From Eledone cirrhosa (Eukaryota), in contig OZ024743.1 of the NCBI GenBank assembly GCA_964016885.1, positions 217,248,001 to 217,312,000 of the forward strand: 64,000 nucleotides of DNA, given 5' to 3'. Positions 44,516-58,125 of this stretch are shown piece by piece (within the stretch, counting starts at the first letter, position 1; each line of letters opens with the position of its first letter). The translations under genes and the position numbers were made by a program. Under the pieces are notes generated by a model. It did not search any database, was not told the DNA's origin, and saw only the letters and a program-made list of their open reading frames with translations.

Positions 44516-45084
44516 TAATAATGACAAAATACGTATTATAAAATATAATGTATGAAGTTATAGTAGACAATCTGTTTCGTGCATTTCCAATTAAAGTGTA
44601 TTTATAAATATATATATTTGTGAGTGTACTTTTATATGCTCTGTATGTTTAGTATCGCTCTACAATGTAAATATCTACATATATGCCTATATAATCTAAT
44701 ACAATGATACCGATCCAATGTCGGCCATGCACATTTGCAACTTCATTTTCTACTTGCGATTTGATCTATTCATAAATATACAATCATATAATGGAAATTT
44801 CCCCGAATATGATATCAAAAATATGTATGTGTCCTATTTACTTCATGAACTATGAGTTTTAAGAAAATATTAGAATTTCAAACTCAACATTAGTAACAAA
44901 TTCAGCAAGAAATAAAGAACCGTTTATACAGACATGCGACTCTATTCATATTTCGTTTTCTATTTCTTTTATTCGGTTCTTTCAGTTGATCAATTCGAAA
45001 ATATATTAAGCTCAAAACGACAACCTAATAACCATACTTGTCTACTTTGTCATTCGTTCCAATTGTGTCATTGTCATAAATTTC

Positions 45085-45127
<43 letters not shown>

Positions 45128-45132
<5 letters not shown>

Positions 45133-48100
45133 ATAAATGCTCTGAAATAGCGATATATATGTGAATATAGACACAGAATATTCGAAAATATTCTGTATGT
45201 TTATAATAAACATTTTGAAGACCTAATCGCTATAGAATAGAATACGTCACGTATTACAATTAGATTCTCGACAAAAGCAAGGGAAGTAAGTCTACGCGTT
45301 TCATTCTTGTTAGAATTCATCAGGACTACATATCCAGTGCTTTTATCGAGAATGACACAGCTAGAGACTTATAGAATACTTAGCTGTGTACAGGAACTGG
45401 TTTGAAAGAGCGGTTGCCGGTCCGGCAGAAATTAGAAATTGGAATAAATGCTCTGAAATAGCGATATATATGTGAATATAGACACAGAATATTCGAAAAT
45501 ATTCTGTATGTTTATAATAAACATTTTGAAGACCTAATCGCTATAGAATAGAATACGTCACGTATTACAATTAGATTCTCGACAAAAGCAAGGGAAGTAA
45601 GTCTACGCGTTTCATTCTTGTTAGAATTCATCAGGACTACATATCCAGTGCTTTTATCGAGAATGACACAGCTAGAGACTTATAGAATACTTAGCTGTGT
45701 ACAGGAACTGGTTTGAAAGAGCGGTTGCCGGTCCGGCAGAAATTAGAAATTGGAATAAATGCTCTGAAATAGCGATATATATGTGAATATAGACACAGAA
45801 TATTCGAAAATATTCTGTATGTTTATAATAAACATTTTGAAGACCTAATCGCTATAGAATAGAATACGTCACGTATTACAATTAGATTCTCGACAAAAGC
45901 AAGGGAAGTAAGTCTACGCGTTTCATTCTTGTTAGAATTCATCAGGACTACATATCCAGTGCTTTTATCGAGAATGACACAGCTAGAGACTTATAGAATA
46001 CTTAGCTGTGTACAGGAACTGGTTTGAAAGAGCGGTTGCCGGTCCGGCAGAAATTAGAAATTGGAATAAATGCTCTGAAATAGCGATATATATGTGAATA
46101 TAGACACAGAATATTCGAAAATATTCTGTATGTTTATAATAAACATTTTGAAGACCTAATCGCTATAGAATAGAATACGTCACGTATTACAATTAGATTC
46201 TCGACAAAAGCAAGGGAAGTAAGTCTACGCGTTTCATTCTTGTTAGAATTCATCAGGACTACATATCCAGTGCTTTTATCGAGAATGACACAGCTAGAGA
46301 CTTATAGAATACTTAGCTGTGTACAGGAACTGGTTTGAAAGAGCGGTTGCCGGTCCGGCAGAAATTAGAAATTGGAATAAATGCTCTGAAATAGCGATAT
46401 ATATGTGAATATAGACACAGAATATTCGAAAATATTCTGTATGTTTATAATAAACATTTTGAAGACCTAATCGCTATAGAATAGAATACGTCACGTATTA
46501 CAATTAGATTCTCGACAAAAGCAAGGGAAGTAAGTCTACGCGTTTCATTCTTGTTAGAATTCATCAGGACTACATATCCAGTGCTTTTATCGAGAATGAC
46601 ACAGCTAGAGACTTATAGAATACTTAGCTGTGTACAGGAACTGGTTTGAAAGAGCGGTTGCCGGTCCGGCAGAAATTAGAAATTGGAATAAATGCTCTGA
46701 AATAGCGATATATATGTGAATATAGACACAGAATATTCGAAAATATTCTGTATGTTTATAATAAACATTTTGAAGACCTAATCGCTATAGAATAGAATAC
46801 GTCACGTATTACAATTAGATTCTCGACAAAAGCAAGGGAAGTAAGTCTACGTGTTTCATTCTTGTTAGAATTCATCAGGACTACATATCCAGTGCTTTTA
46901 TCGAGAATGACACAGCTAGAGACTTATAGAATACTTAGCTGTGTACAGGAACTGGTTTGAAAGAGCGGTTGCCGGTCCGGCAGAAATTAGAAATTGGAAT
47001 AAATGCTCTGAAATAGCGATATATATGTGAATATAGACACAGAATATTCGAAAATATTCTGTATGTTTATAATAAACATTTTGAAGACCTAATCGCTATA
47101 GAATAGAATACGTCACGTATTACAATTAGATTCTCGACAAAAGCAAGGGAAGTAAGTCTACGCGTTTCATTCTTGTTAGAATTCATCAGGACTACATATC
47201 CAGTGCTTTTATCGAGAATGACACAGCTAGAGACTTATAGAATACTTAGCTGTGTACAGGAACTGGTTTGAAAGAGCGGTTGCCGGTCCGGCAGAAATTA
47301 GAAATTGGAATAAATGCTCTGAAATAGCGATATATATGTGAATATAGACACAGAATATTCGAAAATATTCTGTATGTTTATAATAAACATTTTGAAGACC
47401 TAATCGCTATAGAATAGAATACGTCACGTATTACAATTAGATTCTCGACAAAAGCAAGGGAAGTAAGTCTACGCGTTTCATTCTTGTTAGAATTCATCAG
47501 GACTACATATCCAGTGCTTTTATCGAGAATGACACAGCTAGAGACTTATAGAATACTTAGCTGTGTACAGGAACTGGTTTGAAAGAGCGGTTGCCGGTCC
47601 GGCAGAAATTAGAAATTGGAATAAATGCTCTGAAATAGCGATATATATGTGAATATAGACACAGAATATTCGAAAATATTCTGTATGTTTATAATAAACA
47701 TTTTGAAGACCTAATCGCTATAGAATAGAATACGTCACGTATTACAATTAGATTCTCGACAAAAGCAAGGGAAGTAAGTCTACGCGTTTCATTCTTGTTA
47801 GAATTCATCAGGACTACATATCCAGTGCTTTTATCGAGAATGACACAGCTAGAGACTTATAGAATACTTAGCTGTGTACAGGAACTGGTTTGAAAGAGCG
47901 GTTGCCGGTCCGGCAGAAATTAGAAATTGGAATAAATGCTCTGAAATAGCGATATATATGTGAATATAGACACAGAATATTCGAAAATATTCTGTATGTT
48001 TATAATAAACATTTTGAAGACCTAATCGCTATAGAATAGAATACGTCACGTATTACAATTAGATTCTCGACAAAAGCAAGGGAAGTAAGTCTACGCGTTT

Positions 48101-50932
48101 CATTCTTGTTAGAATTCATCAGGACTACATATCCAGTGCTTTTATCGAGAATGACACAGCTAGAGACTTATAGAATACTTAGCTGTGTACAGGAACTGGT
48201 TTGAAAGAGCGGTTGCCGGTCCGGCAGAAATTAGAAATTGGAATAAATGCTCTGAAATAGCGATATATATGTGAATATAGACACAGAATATTCGAAAATA
48301 TTCTGTATGTTTATAATAAACATTTTGAAGACCTAATCGCTATAGAATAGAATACGTCACGTATTACAATTAGATTCTCGACAAAAGCAAGGGAAGTAAG
48401 TCTACGCGTTTCATTCTTGTTAGAATTCATCAGGACTACATATCCAGTGCTTTTATCGAGAATGACACAGCTAGAGACTTATAGAATACTTAGCTGTGTA
48501 CAGGAACTGGTTTGAAAGAGCGGTTGCCGGTCCGGCAGAAATTAGAAATTGGAATAAATGCTCTGAAATAGCGATATATATGTGAATATAGACACAGAAT
48601 ATTCGAAAATATTCTGTATGTTTATAATAAACATTTTGAAGACCTAATCGCTATAGAATAGAATACGTCACGTATTACAATTAGATTCTCGACAAAAGCA
48701 AGGGAAGTAAGTCTACGCGTTTCATTCTTGTTAGAATTCATCAGGACTACATATCCAGTGCTTTTATCGAGAATGACACAGCTAGAGACTTATAGAATAC
48801 TTAGCTGTGTACAGGAACTGGTTTGAAAGAGCGGTTGCCGGTCCGGCAGAAATTAGAAATTGGAATAAATGCTCTGAAATAGCGATATATATGTGAATAT
48901 AGACACAGAATATTCGAAAATATTCTGTATGTTTATAATAAACATTTTGAAGACCTAATCGCTATAGAATAGAATACGTCACGTATTACAATTAGATTCT
49001 CGACAAAAGCAAGGGAAGTAAGTCTACGCGTTTCATTCTTGTTAGAATTCATCAGGACTACATATCCAGTGCTTTTATCGAGAATGACACAGCTAGAGAC
49101 TTATAGAATACTTAGCTGTGTACAGGAACTGGTTTGAAAGAGCGGTTGCCGGTCCGGCAGAAATTAGAAATTGGAATAAATGCTCTGAAATAGCGATATA
49201 TATGTGAATATAGACACAGAATATTCGAAAATATTCTGTATGTTTATAATAAACATTTTGAAGACCTAATCGCTATAGAATAGAATACGTCACGTATTAC
49301 AATTAGATTCTCGACAAAAGCAAGGGAAGTAAGTCTACGCGTTTCATTCTTGTTAGAATTCATCAGGACTACATATCCAGTGCTTTTATCGAGAATGACA
49401 CAGCTAGAGACTTATAGAATACTTAGCTGTGTACAGGAACTGGTTTGAAAGAGCGGTTGCCGGTCCGGCAGAAATTAGAAATTGGAATAAATGCTCTGAA
49501 ATAGCGATATATATGTGAATATAGACACAGAATATTCGAAAATATTCTGTATGTTTATAATAAACATTTTGAAGACCTAATCGCTATAGAATAGAATACG
49601 TCACGTATTACAATTAGATTCTCGACAAAAGCAAGGGAAGTAAGTCTACGCGTTTCATTCTTGTTAGAATTCATCAGGACTACATATCCAGTGCTTTTAT
49701 CGAGAATGACACAGCTAGAGACTTATAGAATACTTAGCTGTGTACAGGAACTGGTTTGAAAGAGCGGTTGCCGGTCCGGCAGAAATTAGAAATTGGAATA
49801 AATGCTCTGAAATAGCGATATATATGTGAATATAGACACAGAATATTCGAAAATATTCTGTATGTTTATAATAAACATTTTGAAGACCTAATCGCTATAG
49901 AATAGAATACGTCACGTATTACAATTAGATTCTCGACAAAAGCAAGGGAAGTAAGTCTACGCGTTTCATTCTTGTTAGAATTCATCAGGACTACATATCC
50001 AGTGCTTTTATCGAGAATGACACAGCTAGAGACTTATAGAATACTTAGCTGTGTACAGGAACTGGTTTGAAAGAGCGGTTGCCGGTCCGGCAGAAATTAG
50101 AAATTGGAATAAATGCTCTGAAATAGCGATATATATGTGAATATAGACACAGAATATTCGAAAATATTCTGTATGTTTATAATAAACATTTTGAAGACCT
50201 AATCGCTATAGAATAGAATACGTCACGTATTACAATTAGATTCTCGACAAAAGCAAGGGAAGTAAGTCTACGCGTTTCATTCTTGTTAGAATTCATCAGG
50301 ACTACATATCCAGTGCTTTTATCGAGAATGACACAGCTAGAGACTTATAGAATACTTAGCTGTGTACAGGAACTGGTTTGAAAGAGCGGTTGCCGGTCCG
50401 GCAGAAATTAGAAATTGGAATAAATGCTCTGAAATAGCGATATATATGTGAATATAGACACAGAATATTCGAAAATATTCTGTATGTTTATAATAAACAT
50501 TTTGAAGACCTAATCGCTATAGAATAGAATACGTCACGTATTACAATTAGATTCTCGACAAAAGCAAGGGAAGTAAGTCTACGCGTTTCATTCTTGTTAG
50601 AATTCATCAGGACTACATATCCAGTGCTTTTATCGAGAATGACACAGCTAGAGACTTATAGAATACTTAGCTGTGTACAGGAACTGGTTTGAAAGAGCGG
50701 TTGCCGGTCCGGCAGAAATTAGAAATTGGAATAAATGCTCTGAAATAGCGATATATATGTGAATATAGACACAGAATATTCGAAAATATTCTGTATGTTT
50801 ATAATAAACATTTTGAAGACCTAATCGCTATAGAATAGAATACGTCACGTATTACAATTAGATTCTCGACAAAAGCAAGGGAAGTAAGTCTACGCGTTTC
50901 ATTCTTGTTAGAATTCATCAGGACTACATATC
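45128..50932 (-). repeat. Retrozyme-like tandem array, left arm: about 18.7 x 311-bp units, hammerhead on the minus strand
   Basis: Unit starts fall at 45128+311k. Each unit contains agtctacgcgtttcattcttgttagaattcatcaggact, the reverse complement of the hammerhead. Confidence 0.92.
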
Positions 50933-53648
50933 ACACAGCTAAGTATTCTATAAGTCTCTAGCTGTGTCATTCTCGATAAAAGCACTGGATATGTAGTCCT
51001 GATGAATTCTAACAAGAATGAAACGCGTAGACTTACTTCCCTTGCTTTTGTCGAGAATCTAATTGTAATACGTGACGTATTCTATTCTATAGCGATTAGG
51101 TCTTCAAAATGTTTATTATAAACATACAGAATATTTTCGAATATTCTGTGTCTATATTCACATATATATCGCTATTTCAGAGCATTTATTCCAATTTCTA
51201 ATTTCTGCCGGACCGGCAACCGCTCTTTCAAACCAGTTCCTGTACACAGCTAAGTATTCTATAAGTCTCTAGCTGTGTCATTCTCGATAAAAGCACTGGA
51301 TATGTAGTCCTGATGAATTCTAACAAGAATGAAACGCGTAGACTTACTTCCCTTGCTTTTGTCGAGAATCTAATTGTAATACGTGACGTATTCTATTCTA
51401 TAGCGATTAGGTCTTCAAAATGTTTATTATAAACATACAGAATATTTTCGAATATTCTGTGTCTATATTCACATATATATCGCTATTTCAGAGCATTTAT
51501 TCCAATTTCTAATTTCTGCCGGACCGGCAACCGCTCTTTCAAACCAGTTCCTGTACACAGCTAAGTATTCTATAAGTCTCTAGCTGTGTCATTCTCGATA
51601 AAAGCACTGGATATGTAGTCCTGATGAATTCTAACAAGAATGAAACGCGTAGACTTACTTCCCTTGCTTTTGTCGAGAATCTAATTGTAATACGTGACGT
51701 ATTCTATTCTATAGCGATTAGGTCTTCAAAATGTTTATTATAAACATACAGAATATTTTCGAATATTCTGTGTCTATATTCACATATATATCGCTATTTC
51801 AGAGCATTTATTCCAATTTCTAATTTCTGCCGGACCGGCAACCGCTCTTTCAAACCAGTTCCTGTACACAGCTAAGTATTCTATAAGTCTCTAGCTGTGT
51901 CATTCTCGATAAAAGCACTGGATATGTAGTCCTGATGAATTCTAACAAGAATGAAACGCATAGACTTACTTCCCTTGCTTTTGTCGAGAATCTAATTGTA
52001 ATACGTGACGTATTCTATTCTATAGCGATTAGGTCTTCAAAATGTTTATTATAAACATACAGAATATTTTCGAATATTCTGTGTCTATATTCACATATAT
52101 ATCGCTATTTCAGAGCATTTATTCCAATTTCTAATTTCTGCCGGACCGGCAACCGCTCTTTCAAACCAGTTCCTGTACACAGCTAAGTATTCTATAAGTC
52201 TCTAGCTGTGTCATTCTCGATAAAAGCACTGGATATGTAGTCCTGATGAATTCTAACAAGAATGAAACGCGTAGACTTACTTCCCTTGCTTTTGTCGAGA
52301 ATCTAATTGTAATACGTGACGTATTCTATTCTATAGCGATTAGGTCTTCAAAATGTTTATTATAAACATACAGAATATTTTCGAATATTCTGTGTCTATA
52401 TTCACATATATATCGCTATTTCAGAGCATTTATTCCAATTTCTAATTTCTGCCGGACCGGCAACCGCTCTTTCAAACCAGTTCCTGTACACAGCTAAGTA
52501 TTCTATAAGTCTCTAGCTGTGTCATTCTCGATAAAAGCACTGGATATGTAGTCCTGATGAATTCTAACAAGAATGAAACGCGTAGACTTACTTCCCTTGC
52601 TTTTGTCGAGAATCTAATTGTAATACGTGACGTATTCTATTCTATAGCGATTAGGTCTTCAAAATGTTTATTATAAACATACAGAATATTTTCGAATATT
52701 CTGTGTCTATATTCACATATATATCGCTATTTCAGAGCATTTATTCCAATTTCTAATTTCTGCCGGACCGGCAACCGCTCTTTCAAACCAGTTCCTGTAC
52801 ACAGCTAAGTATTCTATAAGTCTCTAGCTGTGTCATTCTCGATAAAAGCACTGGATATGTAGTCCTGATGAATTCTAACAAGAATGAAACGCGTAGACTT
52901 ACTTCCCTTGCTTTTGTCGAGAATCTAATTGTAATACGTGACGTATTCTATTCTATAGCGATTAGGTCTTCAAAATGTTTATTATAAACATACAGAATAT
53001 TTTCGAATATTCTGTGTCTATATTCACATATATATCGCTATTTCAGAGCATTTATTCCAATTTCTAATTTCTGCCGGACCGGCAACCGCTCTTTCAAACC
53101 AGTTCCTGTACACAGCTAAGTATTCTATAAGTCTCTAGCTGTGTCATTCTCGATAAAAGCACTGGATATGTAGTCCTGATGAATTCTAACAAGAATGAAA
53201 CGCGTAGACTTACTTCCCTTGCTTTTGTCGAGAATCTAATTGTAATACGTGACGTATTCTATTCTATAGCGATTAGGTCTTCAAAATGTTTATTATAAAC
53301 ATACAGAATATTTTCGAATATTCTGTGTCTATATTCACATATATATCGCTATTTCAGAGCATTTATTCCAATTTCTAATTTCTGCCGGACCGGCAACCGC
53401 TCTTTCAAACCAGTTCCTGTACACGGCTAAGTATTCTATAAGTCTCTAGCTGTGTCATTCTCGATAAAAGCACTGGATATGTAGTCCTGATGAATTCTAA
53501 CAAGAATGAAACGCGTAGACTTACTTCCCTTGCTTTTGTCGAGAATCTAATTGTAATACGTGACGTATTCTATTCTATAGCGATTAGGTCTTCAAAATGT
53601 TTATTATAAACATACAGAATATTTTCGAATATTCTGTGTCTATATTCA
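50933..53648 (+). repeat. Retrozyme-like tandem array, right arm: about 8.7 x 311-bp units, inverted relative to the left arm
   Basis: Reverse complement of the left-arm unit; the orientation switches at 50932/50933. Confidence 0.92.
50993..51036 (+). ncRNA. Minimal type I hammerhead ribozyme (representative; one per unit), predicted cleavage after 51029
   Basis: gtagtc-CTGATGA-attct aaca agaat-GAAAC-gc-GTA-gacttac; all core residues are canonical and stem III is the palindrome ACGCGT. Confidence 0.88.
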
Positions 53649-53685
53649 TATATATATATATATATATTCATATATATATATATAT

Positions 53686-53891
53686 AACGAAGGAAATGTG
53701 GTAAGGAACCAGGTGGACCATAACGCACCAAAGTACTCAATACTTAGGGTAGTAGAGTGGGTAATAGGAACGGGTAGGACCCCGACGGGTGAGATCAACC
53801 TATTTCGACGGCTAATTCTGGAGGACTAAAATGTTAGTCCAGAATTATCCGTCGAAATGGCTTGAGCTCAGACGTCCGGGTCCTACTCGTT

Positions 53892-53893
<2 letters not shown>
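53686..53893 (-). mobile_element. PLE fragment family A, copy 3
   Basis: Homologous to 12445-12632, with a longer hairpin. Confidence 0.65.
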
Positions 53894-53952
<59 letters not shown>

Positions 53953-53958
53953 ATATAT

Positions 53959-54116
53959 AACGAAGGAAGATTGGTAAGGAACCAGATGGACCCTAACGCA
54001 CCAGAGTACTCAATACTTAGGGTAGTACAGTGGGTAATAGGAGAAAGTATGACCACGACCGCAGAGCTCAAGCCGTTTCGTCGAAACGGCTTGAACTCTG
54101 CCGACGGGGTCATACC

Positions 54117-54119
<3 letters not shown>
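53959..54119 (-). mobile_element. PLE fragment family A, copy 4
   Basis: Homologous to 12445-12632, with a shorter hairpin. Confidence 0.65.
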
Positions 54120-54200
<81 letters not shown>

Positions 54201-54387
54201 AACTGTATATATATTATATATATATATAGTAATAATCGACCGAGTGTGCAACGTTTTTTGAAATATTTACTTCTGCGTTCACAGATTGACTATTTTAGTT
54301 TCAGAAGATTCCGTTAAGGGTGAAAGCACCGATTCTTTGCTTAAACTTTAATCTGTTATTTTAATAATTATTATATATATATATATA

Positions 54388-54418
<31 letters not shown>

Positions 54419-54717
54419 TATATATATGTATATATCTTTAGAAATGACGTCTATGGGATAAGAATTGTTTCATTCTTATGAACCCTTTCAAGTGCTGTAG
54501 AAGTCATTTCTATATATAATAAAGATATATGTTTCCTGCTAATGTTTTGAATACATTTTTAACTGTGGATACAATGGTAATGCAAAGTGAATATGCTTGA
54601 AATTGTGTGACAAAATGTCTGACTCTTTGAATTACAGCCCACTTCCAACAGTTTCTGTCTACTCAGGTTCATCCACCTTTCATGTGTCTACCCGCGGTTA
54701 GGATAACTGACATTTAC

Positions 54718-54839
54718 CCCAAATGCGATTTAGTGGGATTGGTATCCGTTTCTGAGGAGATCGAAGCGAATCTTTTAAAAATTCCTTCATGCTGTCCCTT
54801 CCTTTTCGATGGGAGTACATGTCCAGCGCCATTCCCCAT
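54718..54839 (-). CDS. Candidate first coding exon of an unidentified host gene (MGNGAGH..., possible N-myristoylation)
   Basis: Acceptor AG at 54856-57, ACAATCATGG start context, 40 codons plus 2 nt, and a GTAAAT donor at 54717. Confidence 0.4.
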
Positions 54840-54950
54840 GATTGTATAAATGCACCTAATGATTATATGAGCATTTGATGAATGCATATGCATAACCATG
54901 TCACAGAAATATATATAATGCAATAAAGCCATTATGGTGAAGTAACCCCG

Positions 54951-54995
<45 letters not shown>

Positions 54996-55116
54996 ACACT
55001 CTCCCACGTATTCACTCTTGTAAGTATATGTCTGCAAGAATAACTTCCACATTTAGTTTCAAGTTGGCGGTATCTTGTAAATATGCACACACCTACACAC
55101 ACACATGTATATATAT

Positions 55117-55190
<74 letters not shown>

Positions 55191-55663
55191 CACATACATA
55201 CTTTTTTCTTCTTCAACAACAGCGCAGTATAAGCACATGTACATATGATACTTATGTGAACGAATACGCTCCAAAGACTGGGAAATGTGCGTGGCAATTA
55301 TTTGGTTACTGGTAGTTCTGTTACCATTAACCATGTGTCGTGTTTGAGCCAAACACAAAAGAATACACATCTGGAAAATATTGACTTCGTGTGACTAATT
55401 GTTGTTTTGCTGATTCTACGGTGAAACTCGTACTTTTGTAACTGAGATGAGGACCATTCCTATGGAATGTTGTTGTTTATTTTGTTTTATTCTTGGTTTT
55501 TGCCTTAACGTCCATATTCTAATAACACATCTACAATTCATTACTCTTCTATGTTTCATTCTTTCTCCCCACCTCTCTCTTTCTAAATGTATATGTATAT
55601 ATATATATATATGCATATATATATACATATATATATATGTGTGTGCGTGTGCATGTGTATGCA

Positions 55664-55755
<92 letters not shown>

Positions 55756-55759
<4 letters not shown>

Positions 55760-55853
55760 GATAAATCTACCAAGAGTTTACGGTAGTGTCCAATCCGTAT
55801 GAAGAACTCAATGTAGTCCGGATATCATGGAAAGAAGAGATGCAATGAAAAAT
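55756..55853 (-). mobile_element. Solo 3'-terminal ~100 bp of the 36213-42320 PLE family
   Basis: Reverse complement of about 42225-42320; lies in (TA)n. Confidence 0.8.
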
Positions 55854-55890
55854 TACTTTATATATATATATATGTATGTATATATATATG

Positions 55891-55933
<43 letters not shown>

Positions 55934-56417
55934 CATGTGTGTGTGTGTTTCCGTACAAGCGATTGTGTGTTGTTCATAACTGAGTCAAGAAGATACTTTT
56001 AAGACATTGATGTAGTCGGATCTTATTTTTGTGTTAATTAATTTCACTTACAGGCAACCATTCCTTTCCCTTACTAGAATAATACTAAACGGGTTTCGCG
56101 CCCTCCCCCATTTCATCCTTTACCTTTCCCTATCTTACTTTGTCTCATTCCCGTTTCATACTTACTTTGGAAGACGTTGACGTTTCAACGTCTACGAAAC
56201 CACAGGCAATGCGGAGATAATTTAAAGTGTTAGTGTGAATTCTATCAATTACCATATTGAATTAATTGTTTTTAGGGGGGCTGTTTTGCCAATGTTCCCA
56301 CGTTATATTCCCACATGCATAAGATCATAAATAAACACAGATACAGAGAGAGAGAGACACACACATATATCTTTTTTTTTCGGTCCTATCCGATGACTTA
56401 GCTTCAGTACTATATAG

Positions 56418-56628
56418 ATTGGCAGTATCGGTAGAGGGTCTGACGCCATGCTTTGCAGCATAGAGTTACGGCCCCTTATGATCTGAGTTCAAATCCTGCC
56501 GAGGTTAATTTGCCTTTCATCCTTACGGAGTCGATATAATAAAGCACCAGTCATACACTGGGATCGATTTAATCGACTTTCCCCTCCCACAAAATTGATG
56601 GCCTTGTGCCTAAAGTAGAAACAATTAT
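56418..56628 (+). mobile_element. tRNA-derived SINE
   Basis: Same family core. Further partial copies lie at 56830-56920 (-), 57235-57400 (+) and 59900-60000 (+). Confidence 0.75.
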
Positions 56629-56660
56629 ATATATATTTATATATATGTGTGTGTGTCTGT

Positions 56661-56701
<41 letters not shown>

Positions 56702-58069
56702 TCTGTGTGTTTGTGTGTGTGTGAGTCTGTGTGTTTGTGTGTGGGGGAGGGGGAGGGGGTGTCACTGTTCTTCACCTAAGTGTACAATAATTCTTACTGG
56801 ATTTTAATGATGATTGTGAAAATAAGAGTAATAATTGTTTCTACTTTTGGCTAGAGGCCAGCAATTAATCACTGCATTACTAGTACTTTATTTTATCGAC
56901 CCCGTAAGGATGAAAGGCAAGAAAATAAGAGTAATAATGGCTTATACTTTAGACACAATTTTTACGCAAAGGTTTTGGTGCTACATCAATTATATCCATT
57001 CACTACTTGATTAGTACTATATTTTATCAACCTGGGATGTATAAAATATCAAGTTCATCACGACGGGATGTGAACTTGGTAAAAACTCAATTGTGATGAT
57101 AGTAATATTTACAATCTCTCAATTTATAACTCTCGGTTCACAAACTAGTCTATTACCACTTATTTATTTGTCTTTCTATGACTTATTTGTTTAATGTTAT
57201 TTTTCATATCTTAACCTTTTCTCTCATTAACCGGTGTATTGGCAGAATGTTACAGACTTGTATTAAATTATGGGGAGTTATTGCGACTCATTCACTCTGA
57301 GTTGAAATCCCACCGATGTAAACTTTGCCTTCAATAAAATTACTAGTAAATTACTAGTTCAATTGAGAATCCTCTACCCCGAAATGCCTGGCCTTACTGT
57401 TGTTTCAGTTATAGTTTATTTGGAATCATATTGCACCATCCCAAACTCATCGAATGCCAACAGTTCTACAGTCACTAAGGGGTGGCCTATTTTCGATTAG
57501 TTTATAATTTTGACAGCTACTTCTCATTTTATTAAATAATAATACACATTTATATATTTGTTATTTCCTTTTATCAATATTCCATTTTCTTTCGATTCCC
57601 CCTTCTCTTTTCCTTTGTTTATTTATTTTTCTTTATTTCTTTTTTTTTTTTTTGAGGAACATTGTATGCTATAAAGCAAGCTTACTTTGAAGGGAGAAAA
57701 AGAAATAGATGCAGAGGAAGAGAATTGTTCTCGTTGCAAATGTCTGATTTATTCAGCAATAGAGGATCTTAGTGTTATCACCTGGATATCCCGTAGAGCA
57801 GAAGTTATTATTTTTTTTTTTCATTTATATTCGACGTTATTTTGCATGGCTTCATACTGTCATCACTTCACAGACAAAGCACACAACTGGAAGTACAGAA
57901 GGAGGCAACGAAGGAATATAATGATGAAAAAGAAAGAGTGAGTGAAATAGAAACAGAGTTGAGAGTGGGGGAAATATAGAGAAAAGAGGTTTGATACACT
58001 ACAATGAAAAGATAGCGTCTGTGTATGCGTAAGAGCAAAAAGGTGAGGTAAACACTCAAACACACACAC

Positions 58070-58125
<56 letters not shown>

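Noticed and set aside
45128-53648. CRISPR array or rDNA/5S/snRNA/SL-RNA tandem cluster
   Set aside because: The units are identical with no variable spacers, there are no cas genes, the context is eukaryotic, and I recognise no 5S, U-snRNA or tRNA sequence. The hammerhead explains the unit better.
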